Source: a virus (taxonomy: Duplodnaviria > Heunggongvirae > Uroviricota > Caudoviricetes). Taken from it: 64,000 nt of DNA. Each line of letters opens with the position of its first letter. The stretch's first letter is position 1. Positions 8,567 through 17,276 of the stretch are shown in pieces. Under the pieces are notes generated by a model. It did no database searches and was not told the origin of the DNA. It saw only the letters and a program-made list of their open reading frames with translations. The stretch lies in IMG/VR virus record IMGVR_UViG_3300031857_000009; one strand, written 5' to 3'. The position numbers and the translations under genes are program-made.

Positions 8567-9161
8567 TTTTAAAAATTAGTCTAAAATTAAATGATGGGTT
8601 TATATCTGTATAAATATTTGAGAAATTAGATTTACACACTACACCATTAAATTTAATAGCGCTTTCAAGATATCCCTGAGAAGGTACTATATTTTTTGGT
8701 ATACCGTGGGATTCACATATATGTTCACACAATGATGAAATTGATAATACTTGGTCATCATTATACCTATCCCAAAAATAATGGTTTCTCCAATTTCTAA
8801 CGAAAGGTTCACATCTGTAAGGGTCTCCAATCCAATTATGCATGAAACCTGTTACGGTATTTTTACTTAACCATCCTAAATTTTCAACCGCAATTTTAAT
8901 AAATTGTTTGTCAATATAAGGTTCGTCAAATGTATTTGAATAATAGTTGGTATCGAAAAGTTGGTAGATTGTACCTAATTTAGTGACAATAAAGTGTGGT
9001 ATTTCGTCGTATTTACCACACTTCCTGTACTTTAATTTATTAATGAAATCGTCCGCACGTCTATTAGTGTCGTACAGTAATATTTGGGTTTTTTTCGTTC
9101 TGCGACGAACAACATTTAAAGTTTTATCATCTAAACCTTCTACGTTGTGTATTTCCAACAT
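8556..9161 (-). CDS. N-acetylmuramoyl-L-alanine amidase (Amidase_2)-like protein with altered Zn ligands
   Basis: Motif order ILLYDT / PHFIV / IAVEN.GW / TDINP fits Amidase_2, but the expected Zn-binding His residues are substituted. Confidence 0.65.
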   Translation of the reverse strand: MLEIHNVEGLDDKTLNVVRRRTKKTQILLYDTNRRADDFINKLKYRKCGKYDEIPHFIVTKLGTIYQLFDTNYYSNTFDEPYIDKQFIKIAVENLGWLSKNTVTGFMHNWIGDPYRCEPFVRNWRNHYFWDRYNDDQVLSISSLCEHICESHGIPKNIVPSQGYLESAIKFNGVVCKSNFSNIYTDINPSFNFRLIFKNEQ

Positions 9162-9275
9162 TTCTAGTTAACCTTTTACTGATAACAGAAGAAATGTCGT
9201 TGTCTTCTGTATTATTTATTTCCCCATTGTCCAAACCAAAGTTTTCCAACGATTCCTCCTGTTGTGGGGACTCTT

Positions 9276-10385
9276 CTAATTTTTTTTTTCTTCCTCAATG
9301 GGAAGTTGTTCATCTTGTATTGGTTCCTCAACAATCGGTTCAGGTGTTTCAATTATTTCCTCAACAATCGGTTCAGGTGTAACAATTGGTTCTTCAATTA
9401 CTATCGGTTGTTCTTCAACTATTACAGGTTGTTCTTCAACAATTGGTTCTTCAATTACTATCGGTTGTTCTTCAACTATTACAGGTTGTTCTTCAACAAT
9501 TGGTTCAGGAGTAATAGTTGTTTCTTCAATTACTATCGGTTGTTCTTCAACAATTGGTTCAGGTGCAATAGTTGGTTCAGGTGTGACAATTGGTTCTTCA
9601 ACTATTACAGGTTGTTCTTCAACAATTGGTTCAGGAGTAATAGTTGTTTCTTTAACAACCACCGGTTCTTCTTTAATTAAATGGTCCTCAATTAAAAAAA
9701 CATCTGATGAGTCATTATCCTCTTCTTCCTCAGGAGTTTCAACATCTTTTGGTTGGGGGGTTTTGTTAAGTAATTTTTCTAAAATATCTAAATCTTCTTG
9801 AGAGATTCTAACTCGAGAGACTTCACCAACAATGTCTTTAGCATCTACCACCGGTGTTTCTTCACCAACGGGTTCAGGAGCGTCTTTTACCACTGGTTGT
9901 TCAACCTCTACAGTATTTTTCTCACTCTGAGTAAACTTAACTAACATATGTAGAAAAGAAAGTGAAATGATTGGTAACATACCTCCAGCGAAAAACGCTA
10001 AAAATCTTTTGTGACCAATCATGTCTGTAGGGTCAACACCAATATATTCTAAAAGTGGTGAAACTAACTCAACCCAAGAAATAAATGCTTGACTCGTAAT
10101 ATCAATATATGAATAGGCGAAATAAATATTACCAATAAATTGAATGAGGGTTACAATACCAAATGGGAAATATACTTTTCTACCCATATCAGCTGATATT
10201 GCAGCCAACGCAGATAATGCGGCAATTTCGATACCTATTGATAAATAGATAGCCCAACTAATTGGGTTTGAAATTCCGTACCATTTAGTTACGTGTGATA
10301 TTGAAACCAACGCAACAGTTATAATTGGTATTAAAAACGCAGATACTATTAATGTTTTATAATTTTTATTAATCCAATTTTTCAT
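9276..10385 (-). CDS. Multi-TM membrane protein with an acidic EPIVEE-repeat tail
   Basis: About four hydrophobic helices in aa 12-150, then Glu/Pro/Val/Ile repeats; ends EEEKKN at an A10 run. Confidence 0.8.
   Translation of the reverse strand: MKNWINKNYKTLIVSAFLIPIITVALVSISHVTKWYGISNPISWAIYLSIGIEIAALSALAAISADMGRKVYFPFGIVTLIQFIGNIYFAYSYIDITSQAFISWVELVSPLLEYIGVDPTDMIGHKRFLAFFAGGMLPIISLSFLHMLVKFTQSEKNTVEVEQPVVKDAPEPVGEETPVVDAKDIVGEVSRVRISQEDLDILEKLLNKTPQPKDVETPEEEEDNDSSDVFLIEDHLIKEEPVVVKETTITPEPIVEEQPVIVEEPIVTPEPTIAPEPIVEEQPIVIEETTITPEPIVEEQPVIVEEQPIVIEEPIVEEQPVIVEEQPIVIEEPIVTPEPIVEEIIETPEPIVEEPIQDEQLPIEEEKKN
9381..9506. repeat. 57-bp exact tandem repeat (2 copies plus partial) encoding a 19-aa acidic unit
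   Basis: 9381-9437 is identical to 9438-9494, followed by a 12-bp partial copy. Confidence 0.85.
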
Positions 10386-10669
10386 TTAACACTATTTTCC
10401 AACTTGCTTATTTCATTATCAATTTCAGTTTGACGGTTTACATCTAAAATTTTTCTATCAGTTGCTTGAATCATTCTTTTTTCTGATTTCAATCCTTCAA
10501 TTCTTAACCTAACATCCAATTCTTCTTTGGTGTAGGTAGAATCTTTAATTGACTCAATTTCCTTTCTCATTTTAGAGAGTTCTCTTCCGTCGCCACAACT
10601 TTTAAAAAATCCTAAAAGTGCAACAACCAAAACGATTATTGTGAAATTTTTTTGAATAAAATTTTTCAT
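10382..10669 (-). CDS. Membrane-anchored or lipoprotein coiled-coil protein (spanin-like?)
   Basis: N-terminal hydrophobic stretch ending FKSC, then coiled coil; TATTTAT 11 nt upstream. Confidence 0.6.
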   Translation of the reverse strand: MKNFIQKNFTIIVLVVALLGFFKSCGDGRELSKMRKEIESIKDSTYTKEELDVRLRIEGLKSEKRMIQATDRKILDVNRQTEIDNEISKLENSVK

Positions 10670-10678
10670 GTTTTTTAT

Positions 10679-11491
10679 TTATAAATAGTTTAATAATCCA
10701 TAACTGTCGTTACGAAGTTTCTTTAGTGCTTTATCACGTAGTTGTCTAATACGTTCTTTAGTGCATCCGAATTCATCACCCAAGTCTTCTAAATTCATTT
10801 CAATACCGTTCAACCCATAAGACTTTTCAATAATGACCTTTTCTCTATCGTCAAGGATTGAAAGCATTTGAGAAACTCTTTTTTTAATTTCTTCAGACGT
10901 ATTTAAAATGTCTTCAGGGTTATCAGCGTTGACATTAATGATGGTATCGATTAATTGGTCTCCCTCTTCATTTATTTCATCATTCAAGTTTACACAATGA
11001 GGTAGTACTATTTCTGCCCCATTATCTTCATAATTGATAAAGAAAGGGTCATCAACATTTAACTGTTCATTTTTCTTTCTTTTTTGATTTTCCTGAATAA
11101 TGTTTGACGGCAGTCTTATCATCCTTGAATTCTCGTTTAGAGAAGCCATAATAGATTGTTTAATCCACCAAACAGCATATGAAATAAATTTGTAACCACT
11201 GTTAGGGTCAAATCTTTCGGCGGCTCGTATGAGACCGATATTACCTTCGGATATTAAATCAATTAAATCCATACCATTGTTTTGATATGATTTAGCGACG
11301 GTGATTACAAAACGTAGATTACCCACTACGAGTTCGTTTAACAAATCGACTCTTTCCTTCTTAGGTAGGTCTTTATTTTTTAAGAGTTCGAAGACTTCAT
11401 CCTGTCTTTGGTGAGTAATTACCTTAATCTTTCGGATGTCTTTGATGTAGTTCTGAATTTCTTCAGTGTTGATTAGTAATGTTTTGGCCAT
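10679..11491 (-). CDS. RNA polymerase sigma70-family factor (RpoD/SigA-like, no region 1.1)
   Basis: Region 2 NLRFVITVAKSYQ, DLISEGNIGLIRAAERFD, KFISYAVWWIKQSI; region 4 HTH LEDLGDEFGCTKERIRQ. Confidence 0.95.
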   Translation of the reverse strand: MAKTLLINTEEIQNYIKDIRKIKVITHQRQDEVFELLKNKDLPKKERVDLLNELVVGNLRFVITVAKSYQNNGMDLIDLISEGNIGLIRAAERFDPNSGYKFISYAVWWIKQSIMASLNENSRMIRLPSNIIQENQKRKKNEQLNVDDPFFINYEDNGAEIVLPHCVNLNDEINEEGDQLIDTIINVNADNPEDILNTSEEIKKRVSQMLSILDDREKVIIEKSYGLNGIEMNLEDLGDEFGCTKERIRQLRDKALKKLRNDSYGLLNYL

Positions 11492-11535
11492 GAATGTTCG
11501 GTTTGTGGTTCATGGGTAAAAATATGTAAAAAAAA

Positions 11536-11997
11536 TCAATTTTGGAAGCCATCCAAGAATTTTTTTTCGTCAGGAGTCAAACTGTCTATCCCCTCCTGTT
11601 CAATTTTCTCTAAAATATTATCAAGGTCCATTGTTTCGTTAGGGTTCTCGGTGTTTTCTTTTTTATTATATTCTAACCTTAATGAACTATATTCTTCACT
11701 TGGCTTAAACATAAAGTCCTTCATCTGTATAGGTAAATTGGCACTATATATACTTTCTCTTTCGAAGAGGAAGTAAAATTTCACATCCTCCATAGAAATA
11801 ATATTGTGAAGTTCTTCAGAGAGCTCTTTTCTATTTGATTCGGATTCAAATATAACTATTATACTTTTAGACGTATCTTCAATAACAAACCTAACCTTGG
11901 CAATTTTTGGACTAACTCCAAGAACTTCCAAACAAAAAAATTCAATGTCTTCGTGGTCTTCGAAATTCGCGAATAAAAATAAAAGATATGTCTTCAT
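11536..11997 (-). CDS. Hypothetical protein with a C-terminal DUF6576-like motif
   Basis: LDNILEKIEQEGIDSLTPDEKKFL resembles the recalled DUF6576 helical hairpin (ILDKI..G..SLT..EK.FL). Confidence 0.65.
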   Translation of the reverse strand: MKTYLLFLFANFEDHEDIEFFCLEVLGVSPKIAKVRFVIEDTSKSIIVIFESESNRKELSEELHNIISMEDVKFYFLFERESIYSANLPIQMKDFMFKPSEEYSSLRLEYNKKENTENPNETMDLDNILEKIEQEGIDSLTPDEKKFLDGFQN

Positions 11998-12006
11998 TCA
12001 AATAAA

Positions 12007-12435
12007 TTACTGTACGATTAAAAATACGGATAAAATTGCAATAAGTCCACCCCCAACGATGGTTTTGAACTTATTTTTCACCTTTTCTTTCTTCAACTGT
12101 AATTCTAAATTTTTTGTGTGATTTTCTAAAATTTGATATTTTTCGTCTTGAGATTTAATTATTGTTAAATAATTTTCCTCTTTCTTCTGCATGGTAACAA
12201 TTACACTATCTTTCAGTGAAACCTTTTCCTCTAATTTTGTGATTTGTTCATTTGATAATTTCAATTCAGCAATCGCAGAATCACCTCTTAATAAGTCTTT
12301 AGCAATTGACTTAAATGTAGAAACCGGTAAACATTTTACTGGTTCGGGGGTTCGATTTTTATTATTTGTATCTGTCTGAGAAAAAGCTATCAAGCTCTGG
12401 CTCAGTAAAATTAGAAACACGATTAATTTTTTCAT
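12007..12435 (-). CDS. Exported coiled-coil protein with a C-terminal TM (spanin-like?)
   Basis: Signal peptide with predicted AFS|Q cleavage, coiled coil, C-terminal IVGGGLIAILSVFLIV. Confidence 0.65.
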   Translation of the reverse strand: MKKLIVFLILLSQSLIAFSQTDTNNKNRTPEPVKCLPVSTFKSIAKDLLRGDSAIAELKLSNEQITKLEEKVSLKDSVIVTMQKKEENYLTIIKSQDEKYQILENHTKNLELQLKKEKVKNKFKTIVGGGLIAILSVFLIVQ

Positions 12436-12754
12436 GATATACTTCCTTTACTATTGTTTTTTGATTTTTAATTTTATCGATACTATTATCAACTTCTCCA
12501 ATTTCTTTATTGATGTTGTCGATTTTATCGTCTAACATTTCTTGTTCTTTATACATGTTATTAATTACAACATTCAAAGAATCAATCTTCGCCTTATCTT
12601 CAGGTGACATACCCACTCGAGGTGTTAAAATGAAAATCATCCAATACAGAACGAACAACCCGAACACAACCATTAAAACGGTTTTATAGTTCTTTGCAAG
12701 AAAACCTGCAATTTTATTTGTATTTTCTTTTGCGTTTAAAAGTCTTTCGTCCAT
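12362..12754 (-). CDS. i-spanin-like protein (N-terminal TM plus coiled coil)
   Basis: TM VLMVVFGLFVLYWMIFIL followed by a heptad-rich region; overlaps the next gene by 74 nt; TATTTAT 5 nt upstream. Confidence 0.6.
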   Translation of the reverse strand: MDERLLNAKENTNKIAGFLAKNYKTVLMVVFGLFVLYWMIFILTPRVGMSPEDKAKIDSLNVVINNMYKEQEMLDDKIDNINKEIGEVDNSIDKIKNQKTIVKEVYHEKINRVSNFTEPELDSFFSDRYK

Positions 12755-12776
12755 ATGATATAAATATTAATAATAA

Positions 12777-13451
12777 TTATTTTTTCTTTCTAATTATCTC
12801 ATCGATAATGCCATAACTCAACGCATCTTCTGATGATAACCACAAATCTCTCGACGCATCCTCCATGACAACTTCGGATGGTTTGTTACAATATTCACCC
12901 AATAGGTCAAATAGAATTTTATTTAATTTTTCCCATTCTTTCATATTAATCTTAGCATCCTGAATATTACCTTCAAAACCTCCTGAAGACTGATGTAACA
13001 TTGTTCTACTGAATCTTAGTGAACATCTCTTACCTTTTGTACCCGCACCAAGTAAAACCGAACCCATAGATGCTGCCATTCCAGTGTTGATTGTACGAAT
13101 ATCCGAGTTGATATAATCCATTACATCCACCATTGATAATCCACTTTTTACAGAACCACCAGGACTATCAATGTGCATTGTGATATCAGTATTATCGATA
13201 CTGTCTAAAAACATAAGTTGAGCTTGAACCACTGTCGACATGTTATCGTTTACAACACCCGCAACCCATATGATTCTTTCCATCATCAATCGTGAGAATA
13301 CATCCATCACGGTTACGTTCATTTGTCTCTCTTCCAATATGTATGGAGTTAAACTGTCTTCAACTTGTTTGTTGTAGTGATGTAAATTTAAACCGCTAAT
13401 CCCTTTGTCCTTAGCGAATAGTCCGAAGTCTTTATATAGTTTACTGTTCAT
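12777..13451 (-). CDS. clpP: ATP-dependent Clp protease proteolytic subunit
   Basis: DVFSRLMMERII, IDSPGG, AASMGS (Ser), MLHQ (His), RDLW (Asp). Confidence 0.95.
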   Translation of the reverse strand: MNSKLYKDFGLFAKDKGISGLNLHHYNKQVEDSLTPYILEERQMNVTVMDVFSRLMMERIIWVAGVVNDNMSTVVQAQLMFLDSIDNTDITMHIDSPGGSVKSGLSMVDVMDYINSDIRTINTGMAASMGSVLLGAGTKGKRCSLRFSRTMLHQSSGGFEGNIQDAKINMKEWEKLNKILFDLLGEYCNKPSEVVMEDASRDLWLSSEDALSYGIIDEIIRKKK

Positions 13452-13490
13452 GTGAATTATTTTTTTTAAATCTAAGAAAAAAAAGTGATA

Positions 13491-15857
13491 TTAAGAAATT
13501 TTTGGTGTGATAAAATCAATTGAACTAATGTTGTTATCTTTTTTGACCATAACCAAATTGTCCGACCAGTTTCTAATTAATGGGTTATGGGAAATAACAA
13601 ATATGTGTTCAAAATAATCTTTAATTTTTTTGAAGAACTCTCCCACCATTTCCAAATTCTCATCCGCAATTTTACCAAATACTTCATCCATTACAACAAT
13701 ATTTGGTTTGGGTAATGACGATATCTTGGTTAATACGCTTCGAAGGGCAAGTGATGAAATAGTTCTTTCATAACCCGAACCACTAACGAGTGGTTTTACT
13801 ACTCTAGTTTCAGTATCAATCATTATAAATTCAACCTCGTTTCTCTCGTTGATGTTCAATTCTAAAATAAAGTGACAACTATCAACTAAAAGTCTGTACA
13901 ACTCTTGGTTAATTAGTGGGACCATATTTTTTAAAATAACCTTTGAGATTCCATTCTTACCGAAAACGGTTAGGTAAACCTTGAAGATAGATTGAGTTTC
14001 ATTTTCAACTTTTATCTTTCTAATTAAATCCTTATTAGTTTCAATTTTTTCAGTTAAAGTTTGATTCTGATTTTTTAATCTTTCAATAGTAGTGCCATAA
14101 CTTCTTAGATTTGCATTGAGGGTTTCAATTTGAGACTTTAAACCCACAATTTCAGCATCTATTCTTTGATTCTCTTCTAACTTTTGTTTGTTGCGGTCAT
14201 AGTTATCAAGTTTTGTTTGTAACTTTTCAATTTCTATTTTTTTCTGCTCGACCTCCAACTCATACCTTGTCTTTTTAATTTTGTTTTTTTCGTACCCATC
14301 GTACTCTTTTTTCAAATCAATAAAGACCTTTTCCTTTTCAGTTAATTCATCATACTTCTTACGATTATCTGTTTGAATTTTCCTAATTGATTCGACCAAT
14401 TCTTTTAATTTATTTATTTCATCAGTGTGGTCAACCTCAGCTAATGCTCTTTTACAGGTCGGACATATTTGTCCTTCCTCTAATTGTTTTATTAGTTCTT
14501 CGTTTCGTTTAATGGAGTCAGCATTTACTCTACCTTCCACAACTATTCCATTCATTTCATCTTTTAGTAACAAATGATTTTCCTCAAGATAAAACTGTGA
14601 AGGTTCTTTTACATTAACAGAATCGGCGTTAGTAATTGAAACTTGTTTTTGTTTTTCCAAATTACTAATATCAACCTTTATTTGACTTGTATTGGTACGA
14701 ATTAAATCTTGGTCAATATCTGTGTTTCTTTTTGACAACAAATCATCTCTTTTATTTTCCGCATTTTTTAAGGTTGACTGAGTTTTTGTTGTTTCAATTT
14801 CTAATCTAGATATTTCTGATTTGTTTTCATCGATACCTTCTTGAAAAGAAGTAATCTCTGTTTCCAAATCATTCATATTATGATTATTGGAAATCAATTT
14901 TTTACTCCATTCACTTTGAATTGTTTTACAGATTTCTTCTTTTTCTTTAAGAATTTCTAAACCTAAAAACTTTGTAAGTATTAAACCTCTTGCAGTAGGT
15001 TTTGATTCAATGAGTTCTTCTAAATTATTTCCAGTTGTTAATATTGTTGATAGAAAATCTTCCTCTGTGCCGATTGCCTTTGTTATAAAATCTTCAGTTT
15101 CTCTACGTTGTTCACCTGTTAAATTTTCAATCGTACCATCTTGATTTTTTTTATAAAAATCCAATTTATTTGTGACGGTATAATCACCACTTTTTGTTTT
15201 CTTACGTGAGCTTATTCTCTCAATAATGTAGTCCTCATTGTCTATGGTTATGTATCCCTTAACTTTTACTTCGTCATTGTTACTGAACCTATTGAAAATT
15301 TCTGAATTGGTTTTAGTTTTTGTGGTTTTATTAAAAAATAAAAACATCATTAAATCAACTGTTGCAGTTGACTTACCACCAAAATTTTTGGGTGTAGATT
15401 CTACAACTGTGATGCCGGGTAATATGGTAAAATCAATCTCATTGTTTCCCCCATAGGACAGGAAATTTGAAAATTCAACCTTTTTGATATACCATTTAGT
15501 GTATTTGATTCTATCACCGTTTTTACGGATGAATTCTTCATTTACTTTATTGTCAAGATTATTAAGTCTTTCTAATGATATATTGATTTCATTCTCCTCA
15601 ACGAAATCTTTCATCAAAGTTTTTTGGTACTGAAAATCAGAAATATTTTCTGTTATGTCTAATGACGCTAATTTTGTTTGGTCATCATTGGATATAACTT
15701 TAGTTATAATTTGAACGTACTTTGTGTTGTATTTCTTTTGAAAATATGATTTAACTCTATTGAGTTTTTCAGAGGTGAAGTTCTCATGTGTATCCTGCCA
15801 TGTAACTTTAATGTAGGGATTTTTAAGATTGGTTACTTCTTTCTTTGTAGTGTCCAT
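13491..15857 (-). CDS. sbcC: Rad50/SbcC/gp46-like recombination ATPase with an extra ~120-aa N-terminal region
   Basis: FSNFLSYG, Walker A NFGGKST, coiled coils with a CPTC hook, SGSGYE signature, VVMDE Walker B, ISH. Confidence 0.9.
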   Translation of the reverse strand: MDTTKKEVTNLKNPYIKVTWQDTHENFTSEKLNRVKSYFQKKYNTKYVQIITKVISNDDQTKLASLDITENISDFQYQKTLMKDFVEENEINISLERLNNLDNKVNEEFIRKNGDRIKYTKWYIKKVEFSNFLSYGGNNEIDFTILPGITVVESTPKNFGGKSTATVDLMMFLFFNKTTKTKTNSEIFNRFSNNDEVKVKGYITIDNEDYIIERISSRKKTKSGDYTVTNKLDFYKKNQDGTIENLTGEQRRETEDFITKAIGTEEDFLSTILTTGNNLEELIESKPTARGLILTKFLGLEILKEKEEICKTIQSEWSKKLISNNHNMNDLETEITSFQEGIDENKSEISRLEIETTKTQSTLKNAENKRDDLLSKRNTDIDQDLIRTNTSQIKVDISNLEKQKQVSITNADSVNVKEPSQFYLEENHLLLKDEMNGIVVEGRVNADSIKRNEELIKQLEEGQICPTCKRALAEVDHTDEINKLKELVESIRKIQTDNRKKYDELTEKEKVFIDLKKEYDGYEKNKIKKTRYELEVEQKKIEIEKLQTKLDNYDRNKQKLEENQRIDAEIVGLKSQIETLNANLRSYGTTIERLKNQNQTLTEKIETNKDLIRKIKVENETQSIFKVYLTVFGKNGISKVILKNMVPLINQELYRLLVDSCHFILELNINERNEVEFIMIDTETRVVKPLVSGSGYERTISSLALRSVLTKISSLPKPNIVVMDEVFGKIADENLEMVGEFFKKIKDYFEHIFVISHNPLIRNWSDNLVMVKKDNNISSIDFITPKIS

Positions 15858-16339
15858 TTGTTCTTCTTTAAGTTATAGGTTTGAACGTGTTCTTTTTTAA
15901 ATGACATCCATTTTTCTATCTCTTCACTATTGTTTGGTTTGAATTCTGTGAAAAGTATTTTGTCTTTATTCTTAATTGTGGTTGGTTTTATTAATATAAC
16001 TTGAGTAAAATCTCTGTTTGTTCTAATAAACCAATGCTTATTTTTGTTTGGGGTTATAGTATCACCTACTTTATCGTACCAATACTTTACCTTCCGTATT
16101 GGAATATTAACAGTCCTAAAATCATAACCACTAATCAAGGAATATTCATTCTCCCAAAAATCACCAATCCAACCCCCTCTTTCCAACTCCACACCAAATG
16201 AATTATCGTCAACACAAATTAAATCAATTGCTTTTGAATTAGGATGTGACTCGAACAAAATGTTAAAAACTTCTTTAATGAAAATTTTAGCAAAATTTCT
16301 TACTTCAGTGTCATCAAAACTTCTTTTTATGTAACCCAT
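15833..16339 (-). CDS. Putative PD-(D/E)xK / restriction-endonuclease-like protein
   Basis: AIDL...FGVELE spacing fits a D...(E)xE/K active site; weak call. Confidence 0.45.
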   Translation of the reverse strand: MGYIKRSFDDTEVRNFAKIFIKEVFNILFESHPNSKAIDLICVDDNSFGVELERGGWIGDFWENEYSLISGYDFRTVNIPIRKVKYWYDKVGDTITPNKNKHWFIRTNRDFTQVILIKPTTIKNKDKILFTEFKPNNSEEIEKWMSFKKEHVQTYNLKKNKWTLQRKK

Positions 16340-16367
16340 TTAAAATTTTTGAACATCCCGTCAGGGT

Positions 16368-16712
16368 TTATTTATTGAATCTACTTTCTTCAAAGAATTC
16401 AACTATTCCATTTATAGCCCATACACTTCCCGCGGTAAACATACCGTCAAAGAAAATAGATGGTAACCAATGAATACCAAAATGAGTTGTCATTCCCCCG
16501 AGACAGATTGAAAAGAAGAATCCAACCCATGTTGATGTACATAACATACAACTAATCAATCCTGAAATAAAATTTCCAACTCCTTGTAAAGGAGCGTATT
16601 CATTTTTGGCCCAATTATGTATGGAATCTCTTACAGAGTCAAAAATAGAACCGTAAACGATTATAGTGCTCATTCCATATGCTGCCATAATCCAAATAAA
16701 AATGTTTGTCAT
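16368..16712 (-). CDS. DUF1360-like membrane protein
   Basis: Three hydrophobic segments and a CxxCxxxW motif (CMLCTSTW). Confidence 0.65.
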   Translation of the reverse strand: MTNIFIWIMAAYGMSTIIVYGSIFDSVRDSIHNWAKNEYAPLQGVGNFISGLISCMLCTSTWVGFFFSICLGGMTTHFGIHWLPSIFFDGMFTAGSVWAINGIVEFFEESRFNK

Positions 16713-16760
16713 GTTTGAATGTATTTTATAAAATATATGAAAAAAAAATCAATAAAAAAA

Positions 16761-17276
16761 TTATTCACCATATAAAGATGAGAGGTTACTGTCCTTCATA
16801 AATTTACCCTTTCTGCCGAGACCCTCTAATGATTTTGTTAGACTTTCCAATTCAGACTTTAATTTCTCATTTTCAACTTTTAAAGTGTTTAATTCTTCGT
16901 CATTTTTTACCTCAATAATCTTTTCAATTGGGACTTCTTTTATAACCTCTCTTACTACAATCTGAGTATCCCCTTTTATCTCCACCGGTACCTCTTTAAT
17001 AACTTCAACAGGTACCTCTTTAATAACTTCTCGAATAATTTCAATTGGTTTTTCAATTATCCTATCTACGGGAATCTCTTTAATAATTTCTTTGATTACT
17101 TCCTTCTCTACTATCTTTTCACCAGATGAAAATCCAAATGGTACTTCACCGTACTTTACAATATTGAAACCTTTTTTAAAAACTTGTTCCGCAAATTCTT
17201 GAGGATTCTCAATTTTGTTTAATTCACAATACTTTATGAATTCATTATCTAATATTAAGTAGTTTTTCTGATTCAT
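16761..17276 (-). CDS. Hypothetical protein with EVIKEVPVE repeats and a C-terminal coiled coil
   Basis: Repeated E-V/I-I-K-E-V/I-P-V units; likely start ATG 17276 (track start 17282). Confidence 0.75.
   Translation of the reverse strand: MNQKNYLILDNEFIKYCELNKIENPQEFAEQVFKKGFNIVKYGEVPFGFSSGEKIVEKEVIKEIIKEIPVDRIIEKPIEIIREVIKEVPVEVIKEVPVEIKGDTQIVVREVIKEVPIEKIIEVKNDEELNTLKVENEKLKSELESLTKSLEGLGRKGKFMKDSNLSSLYGE

Noticed and set aside
7911-9801. Plus-strand ORFs 7911-8450, 9194-9382, 9264-9680 and 9298-9801
   Set aside because: Antisense to well-supported genes and to the EPIVEE repeat.
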